From NCBI GenBank assembly GCA_963575745.1, contig CAUYUJ010000170.1, positions 186,001 to 250,000 of the forward strand: a stretch of DNA of 64,000 nucleotides, given 5' to 3'. Source of the DNA: Prorocentrum cordatum (lineage: Eukaryota). Shown piece after piece: positions 48,630 to 62,868 of the stretch (its first letter is position 1; every line of letters begins with the position of its first letter). Under the pieces are notes generated by a model. That model ran no database searches and was not told the DNA's origin. It worked only from the letters and a program-made list of their open reading frames with translations. The position numbers were made by a program, and so were the translations under genes.

Positions 48630-49198
48630 TTCAAAGAGGCCCGATCGCTCAAGGACGGGCCGATTCTGGGCCACGGGCGGCGTTCCACCTCCAACGCCCG
48701 CGCGGGGGTCGCCGCCGGTCGACACGACGCGAGCCTGCCGGCGAGTGCGGGGCCCCCAGGTGTCTCGACCCACGCCCCCGAGACTCGTTCTTCCTCCGAG
48801 CCGCCTCTTGCCGGCCCCGGGGCCCAGCGAAGGCCCCCAGAGGCCGAAACCGGCCACCTCCGTCGCTGCTCTTGCGTCGGGCCTGTCCCCCTACAGGCGG
48901 ATCTTGGACAAGATGCACCACAGGTGCCCGAAAATGGTCCAGCAGATCGTCCCCAGCCTAGTTTTTTTTTTTACTATGTTTGCATTTTCCCCCTGTAGAG
49001 GGACAGGCCTGACTGAACGCTACCCTTGCTCGCGCCGCGAGCACGTCCGAGGACGGGCGGAGCGCGGCGGCGGGGGGCTGTGGAGGCCGAGGCCGCCAGG
49101 CGTGGGGCCCGCGGCCGAGGCGCGTGCCGCGGAGGCTCGCGCGCCGCCGCGCGCAGAGGGGGCGCCTTCGCGCGCTGTCTGCAGAGGCCAGGGCCCAG

Positions 49199-49528
49199 AG
49201 GATCGGGGATCGAGGATCGTGGCTCGAGGATCGAGGTTCGAGGATCGAGGTTCGCGATTCGAGGTTGGAGGATCGAGGATCGGGGAGGGAGGGTCGAGGA
49301 TCGCGGCTCGATGATCGAGGTTGGATGATCGCGGGATCGAGGTTCGAGGTTCGAGGATCGAGGATCGAAGGCCGCGGATCGCGCTTCGAGGATCAAGGAT
49401 CGAGGAGAAAGGTCAGAGGTCCGACGAACAGGGATCGAGGATAGCGGATCGAGGTTCGAGGTTCGAGGATCGAGGTTCGAGGATCGAGGGTCGAGAATCG
49501 AGAATCGAGGGTCGAGATTGGAGGTTGG
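49199..49528. repeat. 7-bp tandem repeat gg(a/t)tcga
   Basis: ggatcgaggatcgaggttcga... Confidence 0.9.
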
Positions 49529-51076
49529 AGGGACCTGCTGGTGCTCCTGCCCATCGGTGACACGGGCGCTTGCCAGGAACTCTCTTTGGCTTTCAAGCCC
49601 CAGGCTGCAGCTGCTGAGTATAGACTATCCCTCAGATCCGGGCGTTGTCGTTTTTTCGTCGCCGTCAGTCTCTGGAAGACATCTCCCGGCCCAGGGACCG
49701 ACATAATAGGACGCAGGATGAAAAAACTGTCCTGGGATAGTGGTCGAGAGCCCCAGGGACCGACGTCGCAAAGAAAAACGCACAGTCGGAGGAGAGGGAT
49801 TCGAAAGTCTGAAACTAAGATCTGAGTGCAAAACCGCACTAAGCAAGGAACTGGGTGCAAAACCGCACCAAGTGTTCACTCGCAACGCGCGGCTGAGTTC
49901 ACGAAGCACTTCGCATCGTACCGACGCCTCCAGTTTCTGTCGTGCACTATGTTTTCGTCGTCTCTCGTGCACTCAACCAAGCGATGCTCTGCGCAACAGA
50001 CACGGTATTCAAAAGATCAAGCCTGAAGCCACGCCATTGGCAGGCTGAATATCACTGCTCGGAGGATCACCCATGCATCATGCATCCTGAAAGCGCTGCG
50101 ATCGGGTCATGCCCCCCTGCGCACTAGTATCAAACAACTTCTGGATCAAGAAATGGTAACATCAAACATGGCTCATGACGAGCTTTCTCTTCTGCGCAGG
50201 GAGACTTAATGAAAAAATGGAGGCCGAATTATCGTAGCACGACAAAGTCCTCGACCACGCCACTCGAGGACACAGGCGCCGCCACTAAAACGTACTGTCG
50301 GCGTTGAGTTGTATGCGCACTGTGCAGTGCGGGGGGCCTTCGGATCATTAATCCAGAGAAGGCCGCCAAAAAACACATCCTGGCCGCACCTGCGGCATTG
50401 CGTGGCAGCGACGCAAGCGGACACGACCTGCCCGCCGATGCCCTCTGGGCCAGGAGCCTGGCACTGCCCGGCTGCTCCTCACGGGGCTGACCCGCTGCAG
50501 CCCGCGAGGCTGGGGCGGCCAGCCCCTCAAAGGCTGACCCGCTCGTAGTAGCCCGCCCCCGCCTGCGAGGCTGGGCCGGGGGTGGGCCAAAAGTCCAAGG
50601 CGTGGCCCAGCTCGGCTCCTCCGCCGCTCTGTGCGTCAGGGTGCAAGGCGGAGCCCGTGTTGACGCGCGAGGCCTGGGTCCGCTGCTGCAGGCCGAGCAC
50701 GGCGCCCTCGCGGAGGGCGCGCGGTTGCGGCGCGGCCGGCGGCAGCATGCTCGGGTGGGGCGCGAGGCCCTCCGGGCAGGCGCCTCGCGTGCACGGCCAA
50801 GCCTGGGCCTCTGGCGCCGACCAGGCCGGGTCGCCCAGCGCGTTGGCCAGGATCTCCCGCTTGAGAGAGGCTGGCCAGCCCACCGTGCCGAGCGCTGCGG
50901 CCGCCGCGCCCCCCTCGTCCCGCGCGCCAGGGCCGTGGCGGAGGGACCCCGCCGCGGCATCGGCATCGAAATGACCGTGAGGCTGCGGCACGGCCGCGGC
51001 GTCGTCCGTCAGCCCCGGCGGAGCTGGCACAACGACCTGGTCCGGCAGGCCCTGGTGCGCGGGCACGAGCCCGCGC

Positions 51077-51176
51077 NNNNNNNNNNNNNNNNNNNNNNNN
51101 NNNNNNNNNNNNNNNNNNNNNNNNNNNNNNNNNNNNNNNNNNNNNNNNNNNNNNNNNNNNNNNNNNNNNNNNNNNN
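51077..51176. other. Assembly gap (100 N)
   Basis: Run of N. Confidence 1.
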
Positions 51177-53864
51177 CCCCACGCCCAGGCCCGGCGGCGG
51201 GGCCGCGGGGAGCGGCTGGCCCCAGGCGCGCATCACGGCCGGAGGGTGCCAGCTTATACGCAGCCGCGCCCACGCTCGGCTCGGGGAGGCGTACCCAGAA
51301 TCAAGCAGTGGCACAGCGCCCCGGCCCGCCTATGGCCCTGCCAAGCAATGTTCTGAGAACCTTTTGTGGTCTCCACGAGATGTTCTTAGAACATGTCTGG
51401 CAGAGCCTGTCTTGTTTTTTTCACATCGGGTTCATGTTCTAAGAACATGTGTGGGTTCTAAGCACATTTTGTGGTAGGACTAGAGGAATGCCAGGACGGT
51501 CCGTCCCTGCTCAACAGAGATCCGAGGATATATATATATATATATATATATATAAATCAATCCAGGCGAGTTTCCTCGCTTTCGGCTTCCAGGGCCTGTT
51601 ATCGGGACCAGGCACCATCAAAAACGGATCCGGGATGAAAACATTGAAAAAACACATCGGCGGATGTCTGGGTAAGACTCGGGTACGGGGGACTCGGGTG
51701 GGCCTGGCGGGACCATCACAAAAATGACGAGACCCAATCTGGAATTTTGCGCGAGCTCTGGACCGTCGAAATCCGGGACGCGCTCGTCAAAAAGCGCTGG
51801 CAAACCCGAGTTCGGGCTTACTCAAGTCATACGTTTCCCCGATCGGCGACTCCTAACGGTGTGGTTTGCAGAGGGTGTGGTTTGCAACAACCTGCTCCAT
51901 GGGAGGCACCCTGAGGGGAGCAAGCGGGGGCCACGATATGGAGCTCTCCGCCGCGACCCGAGGAGGCCCGACGAGGACAGCGTCGTGCCCACCAAGCCCC
52001 CACGGCGCCGATCGCAGACCACACCCCGGCGCAAAAACACCGTTTGTAGTCGCCGACACGCCGTGAAAAAATTCACGACCCCTGGGTGCGCAGCAAAGTC
52101 TTCACACCCACAGGCCCGCTCGCGTGGCGACAAAAATCACGACGGGAAGTTGTCCTATGTTTTCGGCCTCCGGGGGCCCTTCTCGGGCCTCGGGAACGGC
52201 AAAAAACTACTCAGGACGAAAAGCCGGCCCCGGGAAGGGGTCCAGACCTCTGGGGGTCGACGCTCTGAAAAAAACATCACTAAGTCGGGGGCCTGGGCCC
52301 CTGAGGCTCTGGGCGCTGCAGTTTCTTCACCGGGCATCTTCGCCCAGCTCTTCGGGCCCCCGGCCCCCTCCGCAAATGGGCGCGGCCTGAAAAGGGCGCG
52401 CCCGAAAGATGGGGTCTGAGGGCTCCTCCTCCTCCTCCTCCACCTCCTCCTCCTCCTCCTCCTCCTCCTCCTGCTCCTCCTCCTCCTCCTCCTCCTCCTC
52501 CTCCTCCATTTCCTCCTGCTCCTGCTCTGGTCGTGGCGTCTCGCGACGTCGCATCTGAATTGGGAAGCGTCGGAGCTCCGGGGCGGAGGGCCTGTGCCAT
52601 GGTCGGCCGCCGGGGGCCCCCGCCAGAGGCCCCGCGGGAGCGCCAGAAAAAGCGGCGCCCGGGGTGAGCAGCCGCTCCCGCGGGGAGGGGGCCGAAGCCT
52701 CCAGGGGGTCCACGCCCGGAGAGGACGTGGGCGCCGAAGAGCCGAGGCGGGCCAGGGCCCGCCCTGGGCCCGGGGAGGGGTGCGCACAGGCCCCCCTGGC
52801 CTGGAGGGGGTGGCACAGTTGTCCCCCCCCAGGAGGAGGAGGAGGAGGAGGAGGAGGAGGAGGAGGAGGAGGAGGAGGAGGAGGAGGAGGAGGAGGAGGA
52901 GGAGGGGAGGGAGGAGGGAGGAGGGGGGAGGGAGGAGGGAAGGAGGGAGGAGGGAGGAGCGAGGAGGCGCATGTGCCATTGGGCCCAGGGGTGGCCCGGC
53001 CAGCGGATCGGCGCAGGTGTGTAGCTGCCGCCCTCCGATGCTCCGCGCCGCGCCGGGGGACCGCGCGGTGCGCGGCGCCGCGGTACGATTACGCGTCCGA
53101 TGGGCCTACGGCCGCCGTCTGCATGCAAGAACAACTCCGGGCAAGAGTGGCCTCTGGTGCACGGCTTGCGAGGGGCGCGGGGAGGCCAAACCCGAGCGCC
53201 GCGCAAGACGCTGGTATCGCATCGTGTTCAATCGTCTGGGGACCCCGCGTGCCCACACCAAGGGTCACTCCGGCGAAAGGTCACTCTTACGTGCAGCCGA
53301 GGCCCACGTCAGATGGACAAAATTCTGCACCACCCGCGCGACCAGGGTGTCGGCGCAAGCTTCAGCGCGCCCCTCGGCCCCCGATTCGGAATTTGCTGGC
53401 ATCGCCAACGGGACGCAGAATGTCGGACAGTGGGCAGATCGACACATCGCGGCGCAGACCGCTAATACTGAATTGGGGTCGCGGGGGGGGTTCATCAAAA
53501 TCATCTGAATGGTGCAGGATTTTGTTCATCAGCCGAGAATCAGGGTCTCCACGAGCGACAGACGGACGGCCCGGAATTTTTGCTTAGCGTGTCGCGGCGA
53601 CGACCCTGGCGACACGCTATGCTCTGCAAGCGGACACGTGGATAGCGTGTAGCTCCGCTCCGCGGGACAGGAGGCTGGGAAAAGCTTGGGACGTTGACGC
53701 TGGGGGACGGGGACGTGGATTGCGTGTCGCGCCGAAGCGTGGTGGGCCAGAACTGGCAGAGCGACAGGCTAAGCCAAAGGTTACGACCGTACTTCGTTCA
53801 ACGGTTTCCCGCCAGCCCCTGGTTCAGAGGAACAAGCCCGTCAAACATGGATAGAGCTGTACGT

Positions 53865-53897
<33 letters not shown>

Positions 53898-54149
53898 CAC
53901 GTGTGCACATATACAAACAGATACAGATACCGATCTAACCATAAATCTATGTATATATAGAACGATAAAGAAATCAAGATGCATATAACTTTCAGGGGTC
54001 GGCGCGGATCTCTTGCATCGGCGCTGGGACCTCCCTGGGCGGCGCCTCCGGCGCGCCGCCCGTCGCGCTCCGCGCACCGGGAAGGAGGGTCCAGTGCCCG
54101 TCCAAGGACATCCGCGCGGACCTCCGAAAGGGTATGTCTATGCAGCTCG

Positions 54150-54493
54150 GATTCTCCTCCCCCTCTTCCTCCTCCTCCCCCTCAGCCTCCTCCTCCTCCT
54201 CCTCCTCCCCCTCCTCCTCCCAACCCCTCCCACTCCCCCTCCCCCTCCCCCCCCCTCCCCCTCCCCCTCCCCCTCCCCCCCTCCTCCCCTCCTCCCCTCC
54301 TCCTCTCCTCCTCCTCCTCCTCTCCTCCTCCTCCTCCTCCTCCTCCTCCCCCTCCTCCTCCTCCTTCCTCCTCCTCACTCCTCCTCCTGCCTCCTCCTCC
54401 TCCTCCTCCTCCTCCGCCTCCTCCTCATCCTCCTCCTCCTCCTCCTCCTCCTCCTCCTCCTCCTCCTCCTCTCCTCCTCCTCCTCCTCCTCCT
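54150..54493. repeat. (TCC)n/(GGA)n tract, representative of many in the window (e.g. 5580, 7460, 27330, 34510, 39500, 52830, 56700-57320)
   Basis: Direct inspection. Confidence 0.95.
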
Positions 54494-56475
54494 GACAGCG
54501 GGCACCCACGACGGCGCAAGACGGCGCAAGGAAGCTCCCCAAGACGGCTCCGAGATGGCTCGGGAAGCCTCGACGCGGTTCTGAGGAGTGCTGGCGGAGC
54601 CCACGGCATCCACAGAACAGCCTCTGGGAACCAGCTTGGAAACCTGCACCCAACGCTCGCAGCGCCGCTCAGTGGAGGGCGCGATGCTGCGCGGAGCTGC
54701 GCGTTGTTGCGCGGCTGCGTTACTCTGGCGAGCTGCGAACAGATTTCCAAGAAGCTCCTGTGGATCGGACACGTACAGAAGGCACAAAATCCACCCCCAT
54801 AGTCAGCATTACGACCAGCGAAGCCGTTTAGTAATTAAGCGCGCCCGAGGAAGGAATCGGACAGGGCGGGGCTGCTTAGTAAACGCCCAGGGCCGTTTAG
54901 TAGACGCCAATTGTCGGGGTCTCGGTGGTTTCTCCTCCCTTGGATGTCAGTGCAAGGACACCAACCGTGGCGCTCCTGCTAGGGCAACGTCTTCCAGGCA
55001 TCGAGAAGCTGACGTGCGGTGAAGGGCCAGCGGAAATAAAGCGTGAGGGCTGTGCAGGGGGAGGCCGGAGTAAGTAGACCTCTGCCCTCCAAGAGGTGTG
55101 AGCTTGTTCTAGGCGGCGAGCGAATGGGGGAACAGTTCGGGTTCGAGGTTCGAGGTTCGAGGTTTTCGGACGTCTTCGTTGATTCTCGGCGGTTTTCCAG
55201 CCTCGAGATGCTTGTCAGCAGCTGCGCCTCGCCGAGGGCGTTCCTGGGGTGCCCAGATCGTCCCGAACGGCCGCTGGAGACCTGACTTTTGACCCTAAAA
55301 CCACATTCGGCGGCGGGCGAGGGGGGGAAGTGAGAAGGAGAAGGCCTTCTCAGAAGGCGGCGGGACTTCTTAAAAGGCCCCCTGGGCCTTCTGAGAAGTC
55401 TCCTGTGTCGTAGGGAAGGCTTCGAAAGAAAACGTCTCAGAAGGCCCCGGGACTTCCGAGCCTTCCGAGAATCGGGGGTACGCAAACATGGATTGGCGAT
55501 CCATGGATTTGGCGCGCGGTCGCCTGATCCATGGATCGGGGGAGGTGCCCTCCCCAGAATGCGGCCGCTGCCGCCTCGCCCGGCGGTGGAAATCCGTGGA
55601 ACCGGGACGCGTCGCTAATCCACGCCCCCTTGATCCATGTTTGCGATCGCCTGAGAGGAGGCACCCTCCTCCTCACTTCCCCCCCGGGCTCGCCGCCGAT
55701 GCCTGGGGCGCAAAGGACCTCTGGGAGGAGCCAGCCACCGACCCGCGCCGACCCTGGCCGGGCACGCCCCCTTGGCCTCGGAGCTGCCCGGCCAGGGTCG
55801 TGTCGTGTCGTGTGCGGTTGGCGTCCTCTCCGGCGAAGGTTAAAAATCACCGAGTGGCCGTTCTCGAAGGGCGGGGCTCGAGCCAAAATGGACGCGGTGG
55901 AAGCAGAAGAAGAAGAAGAACAAACAAAAAACGCACAGACATAATCGTTTGGCGCTCCGCGCGGATTGCTTGGATCCGCGCCGACCCCACTCCCTGGCGC
56001 GCGGAGCGTGCCAGGGGCGGCGCCGGAGACGCCGCCAGGGGGGGCCCAGCGCGGATCCAAGAAATCCGCGCGGAGCGCTTAAAGTTTATGCTTATGTGGC
56101 TTTCGCTCCGAGGAAGGAAGAAGAGACAAGCCCCCGCAATCCTGGCGACGGGGTGTGATGCGCGCGCGTCTCCTGGCAAATCCTTCCTCCTTCTACCTCT
56201 CCCCTCTCCGACAACGGCGACAACGACGACGACGACGACGACCCAAAATATGTTCCCCAAGCTCTGAACGTGTCCCCCGACTCCTTCCCGTGTCCATCCT
56301 GGCCAGGTTTCACCCCGGATCGACTTCTCACGGTCAGGGCCCGAAACGGGCCCACCAGAGAACGAAAACAACGAAAAGCCTCATCGACCCTTGATCTTCG
56401 ATCCCGCGCGATGACGGCGGCGGCGACGTCCGACGAAAAACGGCGACGGCGACGGCGTCGGCGACCACGACGACC

Positions 56476-56528
<53 letters not shown>

Positions 56529-57566
56529 AACCATGACGACAACGACGACAACGACGACGACGACGACAACGACGTCCAGCGCTCTGGGCCGGCGCCCGCC
56601 AAGCCTGGCGCCGCTGACGGTGCGCAGCAGCTGCTCCAGCAGGTCCCAGTCGGTGTCGCTCAGTCTGGCCAGGGGGGGGCGAGGGTGCCGCGAGCCTTCC
56701 CCGAGGAGGAGGAGGAGGAGGAGGAGGAGAAGTTGGAGGAGGAAGAGGAGGAGGAGGAGGAGGAGGAGGAGGAAGAGGAGAAGGAGGAGGAGGAGGAGGA
56801 TTCAGTGCGTGGTGACTCAGTCCGAGCCCACCCTGCCTTCCTACCCAGCGCCTGCCCTGCGCAATTGCGAGTGTTGCGGACCTCGCGTCGGCAACCTGGT
56901 CGCAAGTCTCTTTCTTTCTTTCTTTCTCTCTCTCTCTCTCTCACACACACCATGAGGGCAAGGGGCCACTGGACAGAGACAAGAGGAGGGAGAAGGAAGG
57001 AGAGAGGAGGGAGGAGGGAGGAGGGAGGAAGAGAAGGAAGAGGAGAAGAAGGAGGAGGAAGAGGAGGAGAAGGAGCAAAGGAAGGACGAGAGAGACGAGG
57101 AGGAGGACGAGGAGGAGAGGAGGAGGAGGAGAGGAGAGGAGGGAGGAGAGAGAGGGAGGAGAGGCAGGAGGGAGGAGGCAGGGGGGAGGAGGAGGGAGGA
57201 GGAGGAGGAGGAGGAGGGAGGAGGAGGAGGAGGAGGAGGAGGAGGAGGAGGAGAGGAGGGGAGGAGGAGAGGAGGAGGAGCAGGAGGAGGAGTTGGAGGA
57301 GGAGGAGGAGGAGGAGGAGGCGCCAGGCCACACAGCCACTGTGGGACAAGCAGCTGCATCGGGTCGGGCCCTCTGCAGAGGCCTCGCCTCCTCTCTTCCT
57401 CGCGCGGCGCGGCGCGGCGGGCCGGCGGCGCGCGCGCGGTCGGGGCCGCACGGCGAGGCGCGCAGTGCGAAGGACGAGACGGGCTGGGCGCAGAGGCCAT
57501 GGGGGGGGGAGAGGGCGTACGCGGCGCATTCGTCGCGCCGCGAGGACGACCGCGACGACGAGGGAG

Positions 57567-57610
<44 letters not shown>

Positions 57611-60600
57611 TGGCGGCGGCGGCGACGACGACCACGACGACAACGGCGACGACGGCGAAGATGACGACGGCGAGGACGACGGCGGCGACTTCGTATACGT
57701 CGGCTGCGAGGACGAGGCTGGCAGGCCGCAGAGGGCATGGAGGAGGCGCATGGGGCGGCGCGGGGGCGAAGTTCGGCTTGAAGGGGGGCATAGGGTCCCA
57801 CAGCGAGGCCCCACGGGGCGATCAGCACGGACAGGGCCGCGCGGCCGCGGCGCCCGAGGCCAGCGGCCCTTACTCGCGCAGCACCGCCCGGAGGAGGAGG
57901 TGCCCGAGCACTGCCGGGGGCAGCGGACAGGGCTGCCCCTGTGGGCCCCTGCTCTGGCCGAGACCGGCGCGCTCCTCTGGGACGCCCACCACGACAGCCC
58001 CAGCGTGGTGGTCGGCCGATGCATCGACTGGCGCCCAGGTGAGCGCCCCCCGAGCAGGAGAGGCGCGGCACCGGCAGGAGAGGGAGACGAGGCCTGCCCA
58101 GGTCTATGGGGCGCCCTGGAGTCTCGCGGGACCCGGGGGGCCAGAATCGGAGGCCGCCCAAGGAGGGGTCCGAGCAGATGGGGTCCGAGAGTCGTGCGCA
58201 TCGCCGATGCACCGGCGATACTGCGGCGACGTCGGCGATGCATCGGCGCAACGGCGCAGATAACATCGGGCTCCACACCGAGCCGCATCGCCAATGCGTC
58301 GGCGATGCGGTGCGGTCCTGCGACCCCGCCTGCTCGGACCCCACCCGGGGAGGCCTGGCAGTGCCCGTGCCCGCTACCTCCCGTGGGGCCCCCGAGCACA
58401 GGCACCCCAGGCGGCGGACGTTGAGAGGCAACGACAGAGGGGAACTGGCACAGGAGGGGAAACATGGACCTGGACTCGGCGACACGTCGCCGAGACGTGG
58501 GCGATGGGCCCCCGATCATGAATCCGCACGTTCCTGGGCCCAGGGAGGCCATCGGGCCCCTCTATATCGGCGATCAATGGGCGGTAGGGGGTCGACGCAT
58601 CCCCCCTGTGATGGGCCCATTTTCCACCATCACTACCACTTGTAGGAGAAGGAGGAGGAGGAGGAGGAGGAGGAGGAGGAGGAGGAGGAGGAGGAGGACC
58701 TGCTCATCCTCCCTTCTCCCCCGTCCTACATACGGCATGGCAGTGGTGGAGAATCTGCCGATCAGCCATACGCCTATCACCGCCCGTGGTTGCCCCGGAG
58801 ACGTGCGCCAGTTCCCGCCCCGGCGGGAGCAGGGGCCAACGCCCGCCCGAGCTGACACCCGCACAGTGAGCTGCCCCGATACGCGGCACGCAGCACGAAG
58901 CGTGTCGACACGGAGCGCAACGGCGCAGACTGAGAACACAGCTCTGGCGCGGTGCGTTCGCCCGGACGGGCACCAGCACGTGCCGAGCCGACACGCACCG
59001 TGTTCAGGGCGGAGGCTCTGAGCACGGTGCGTCCTGCTTTTTCAAAGCGGGCGTATCGGGGCAGCCGCAGGCACGTGCAGTGGGCGAATTCCGCCTCGGG
59101 GGCCGCCGCGCGGGCGCGGCGACCCCTCTGTGGCTCACTCGGCCTCGTCGCTGGCGGGCTGCGCCTCTGTGGCCTCCTGCACCTGCAGGGGGCACCAGAA
59201 AAAACTCTCGGAAGGCGCGGGGTCTTCTGAGAAGTGCAGCCGCCTTCTGAGGAGGCCCTCTCCTTCTCACTTCCCCCCCTCGCCCGCCGCCGAGACACGG
59301 GAGCACCGATACCGCTGCTCCCTGGACCTCTCCCAGGGTGCGGTCTGGCCAGAACTCGAGGACCCTTTCGCCGCAGCGACGAGGGCCCTCCAGGACGAGC
59401 CGCGGCATCGGTATCTTGTCACCCTCTGGATTTACGCGGCGGGTTCCGAAAACCCTTGCCCAGAATACCTTGCCATCTCTTGGGAGACCGATCTTACTTC
59501 CGCCAGCCTTCCTCCGGCTTCCGCCGGCGGAGGCAGCCTCGTCTTGCTTCCGCCGCCCTCCGTCGAGTCCGAGACATCAACCACCACGAGCCCCGAAGCA
59601 GGCGAGGCCCCTCTCTGGGACGCATCGTGTGCGTGCCGATGTGCCTCCTGGGGGGACCAAAGAAGGTACCAATACCGCTACTGATACCTCTACTCCCCGG
59701 TCCTCTCGCCGGCTGCGTTCTGACCAGGAATTCGAGGCGAATCCAGCGGTGGCAGCGAGGGCAGCCCAGGAGGCCCAGAAAGGGGAAAACGAGGGGAGGG
59801 TAGAGGTATGGGCACCTTTTCCTCCTCTGAGATTTGCCCTCTTCGGACCTCGCCGTTCAGGGCCTCCCGCATGCCGTCCCGCACGCCCTCCGCCGCAAAG
59901 GTCGGCTGCCTTGAGTATCGTTTAACCGATCCCCATCCCCAGCGGCGTGGCCTGGGCCCCACTGGCCGATCTGCCCCCCTAAGATGGGGGTATAGGCCGC
60001 ATCCTTCGGGTTCCGAGGGGCGCATGCCCAACTGGGGGGGGTAATTTGGTTGGGGGTCTCGAAGGGGATGGGGCCGGGGATGGGGATCGGCTAAACCCAG
60101 ACATGACCGCGTCGTGACCAAAACGCGGGACGGGAGCTTTCTGGCCAGCTTCGGCCTCGGGGGGCTCCCGCCCGGCCTCGGGACCGTCAAACAACGACTC
60201 GGGATGCAAAACCGACCCCGGGGATTCCCTTAGAGGGACACATGTGAACCCTACCCCTACCCCCCACGATTCAGAGGGGGGAGGGTGGGGTTCACTTCGT
60301 TCGGGAGCTCCCGAACGGAGTGACGGAGTGAACCCCCCCCCTCAGAAATCGTGGGGGGTAGGGGGAGGTTCACATGTGGCCCCCTATGTCCCTGGGGCCG
60401 GTTTTTCATCCCGAGTCGTTTTTGACGGTCCCCATCGGAACAGGGCCTTTCGGAAAGGGCCTCCTCCGATGCATGGGGAAAGGGCCCTGAAGTCCAGGCC
60501 CTCTCCCCGGCCTTGAGAAAGGGCCTTCCTCCAGGCCCTCTCGGAAAGGGCCTCTCGGAGAGGGCCTTCCTCCGGGCCCTTGCGGAAAGGGCCTTTCGAT

Positions 60601-60841
60601 GTCCGGGCCCCTTCCGAGAGGGCCTGGACTCCCGGGGGGCGCCGCCCTGCAGACATCACGACGCCGCATGCCTGGCAACGACTACCCAGCCTCGAACTTA
60701 TCCCTATCCCTAAGATGGGTGAGCAAAAAGCGAGGACAATCTTGGGGATAGACCCTCAGAAACCGAGGGAATCCTTAAGATCGGCATCGAGGTGAGGTGA
60801 TGCCAAACATAGGGATAGGGATATGTTTCAAATTGGTAAAC

Positions 60842-61033
60842 TTATGTCGGACGCGTCTCCCTACAGGGGGATTTTCGACGAAAAATGAAAAATACCCCAA
60901 AAGTACCCCGAAAAGGTCCAAAAATACCCCCAAAAAAGTCCCCAGACTATTTTTGCATTATTTGTCGACTATTCCTGGGGTGCTTTTTATTTTTCGTCGA
61001 AAATCCCCCTGTAGGGGGACAGGCCCGACTTAA
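60842..61033. mobile_element. hAT-like MITE family H copy with 8-bp TSD TGGTAAAC
   Basis: tggtaaac at 60834-60841 and 61034-61041. Confidence 0.82.
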
Positions 61034-61213
61034 TGGTAAACGACACCGATCTGCCTCGCGGTGCCCGCCGCGGGGAGCCACCAGGCGCCGGGCCGGCACC
61101 GGCAGCCGCCCCCCGCCAGCGCGAGGGCGCGGCTCGCCAGCAGCAGGGACCACGGGGGCCAGGGACGCTCTTCGGCGGCAAGGCGCGGGAGCCCCGCCCA
61201 GAGACGTGACGAA

Positions 61214-61386
61214 GCAACAGCACACACCCATACCCATAGGGGGGTCGGAGAGGGCTATGGGTGCGTGTTGTCGAATGGGGGTCCCCGCTCGAACAGGAGC
61301 GTTCCCCCAGGGTCCGACAACCCGCACCCATACCCAGAGCCAGTCCTCCTCCCAAGGACCCCCCTATGGGTATGGGTGTGTTGTTC
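61214..61386. mobile_element. Palindromic MITE-like element
   Basis: cacacccatacccatagggggg...ccccctatgggtatgggtgtg. Confidence 0.65.
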
Positions 61387-62294
61387 GTTCGTGAGACACG
61401 ATCGCGGCGCAGTGGAAAAACAAAATCGGGGCGGGAGGTTCTTGGCCAGCTTCGGCCTCGGGGGGCCCTCGCCAGGCCTCGGGAGATCGTCAGAAGAGGA
61501 CGCAGGAGGAAGAGCCGGCCCCGGAGAAGGGGTCTGGACTTCTGGGGGCGCCGTCCTGAAAAAGTCAGGGCTTCACATGTCTGGGCGTATACCATCTAAG
61601 TTCAGTCTTCAGCGTCGACTAGCGTCGAGTAGCGTCTGGAGTTGATGAGACAGCGCCGATGTAGCGTCGGTTAGCGTCGATTTAGCGTCGATTCGCAAGA
61701 GCCGACAAGATGGTATGGGAGGCTCCCATGAGTTGCCACCGAAGGATTCCGAGGAAGAAACAATGGCATGTTCACACCATTCCTGGGTGCGTGGCACGTG
61801 GGTGAAGTGGGATTCCGTGGTCTGGACTCTGCTTGTTGTTGTCATCGTTCCCCCCCGACCCCCTGGCGACCCATCCGCGACCCAACCCGCGACCCGCCCT
61901 GCGACCCACCGGCGACGTGCCCGCGACCCACCCCGCGCCCGCCCCCATCGCTCTTATCAGCAACAGCGAGATGCTACGCAGATTATTGCACTGTGGCTGC
62001 GTGGTATGTGGTGCAAGCTGTGCGGTGCAGGCTGCGTGATGCAGTATACGAGCAGGCGGCCACGGGGCGGCTACGGGCGGCAACGTGGCAAAACCTCGCC
62101 AGACCCACCCAGCGCACGAGGCGGCCACGGGGTGGCCACGGGCGGCATCGTGGCCGAATCCTCGCCGGACCCAACCAATCCCTGAATCAGAGAAGTGTCA
62201 GCCCCTGAGTGCAAGCACTGTTTAGTTCCGAGCGGATTGATTGAATCCGCGCGGAGCTCCGAACGTTTATGTTGAAGCCGTTGTTTTCTTCCTC

Positions 62295-62868
62295 GAGGAT
62301 TGCCCTGCAAGTTCACGCCGTCAGCCCACGCCACCCGCCTGGCGCTCAGGGGCAGCGCTGAGAGCTTGTTGTGGGACAGGTCCAACCTCCCGACCTCCGA
62401 TAGGTGGTCGAAGAAGGCCCACGGCAGCCAGCTGAGGCTGTTGTGCGACAGGTCCAGCGACGAGAGGCACTGCATCTCAGCGCCGAAATCGTCAGGGAGT
62501 CCCCAGAGCTTGTTGTTAGAAAGATCCAAGGTCTCCAGCGAATTCAGATTGTCGATCTGCGGCAGCAGCTCCATCTCATTGGAGGACACGTCGCACCGCT
62601 GCAGATTGTGCAGGGACCCGAAGCTCCTGGGCAGGCCCACGAGTCCATTGTGGGAAAGGTCGACCGTGCGTAGCTCCACGAGGTCTCCCATTTCGGCGGG
62701 CAGCAGGTAGATCGAGTTGTGGGCCAAGTCCAGCTCGCGCAAAGACGCCAGCTGGGTGAACGTGTGGGGCAGGTGCTGTATCCTGTTGGACCTTAGGTTC
62801 AAGACCCGCAGCAAGCTCAGCGACCCCATGTTGTCCGGGAGCGCCGACAGCTGGTTGTGCGATGCGTC
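62295..62868 (-). CDS. Leucine-rich repeat protein exon (about 8 LRRs; 3' boundary uncertain)
   Basis: Repeated LxxLxLxxNxLxxLP (DASHNQLSALP, LNLRSNRIQHLP, LDLAHNSIYLLP...) ending NLQGNP; acceptor TTTCCCCAG|G. Confidence 0.88.

Noticed and set aside
50380..51320. GC-rich ORFs spanning the gap
   Set aside because: They cross 100 Ns and show no motif I can identify.
56660..58552. 500-630-aa ORFs, and similar poly-R/E/S/P/G/M ORFs elsewhere
   Set aside because: Translations of GGA/GAC/CAT microsatellites and MITEs, with no domain signal.
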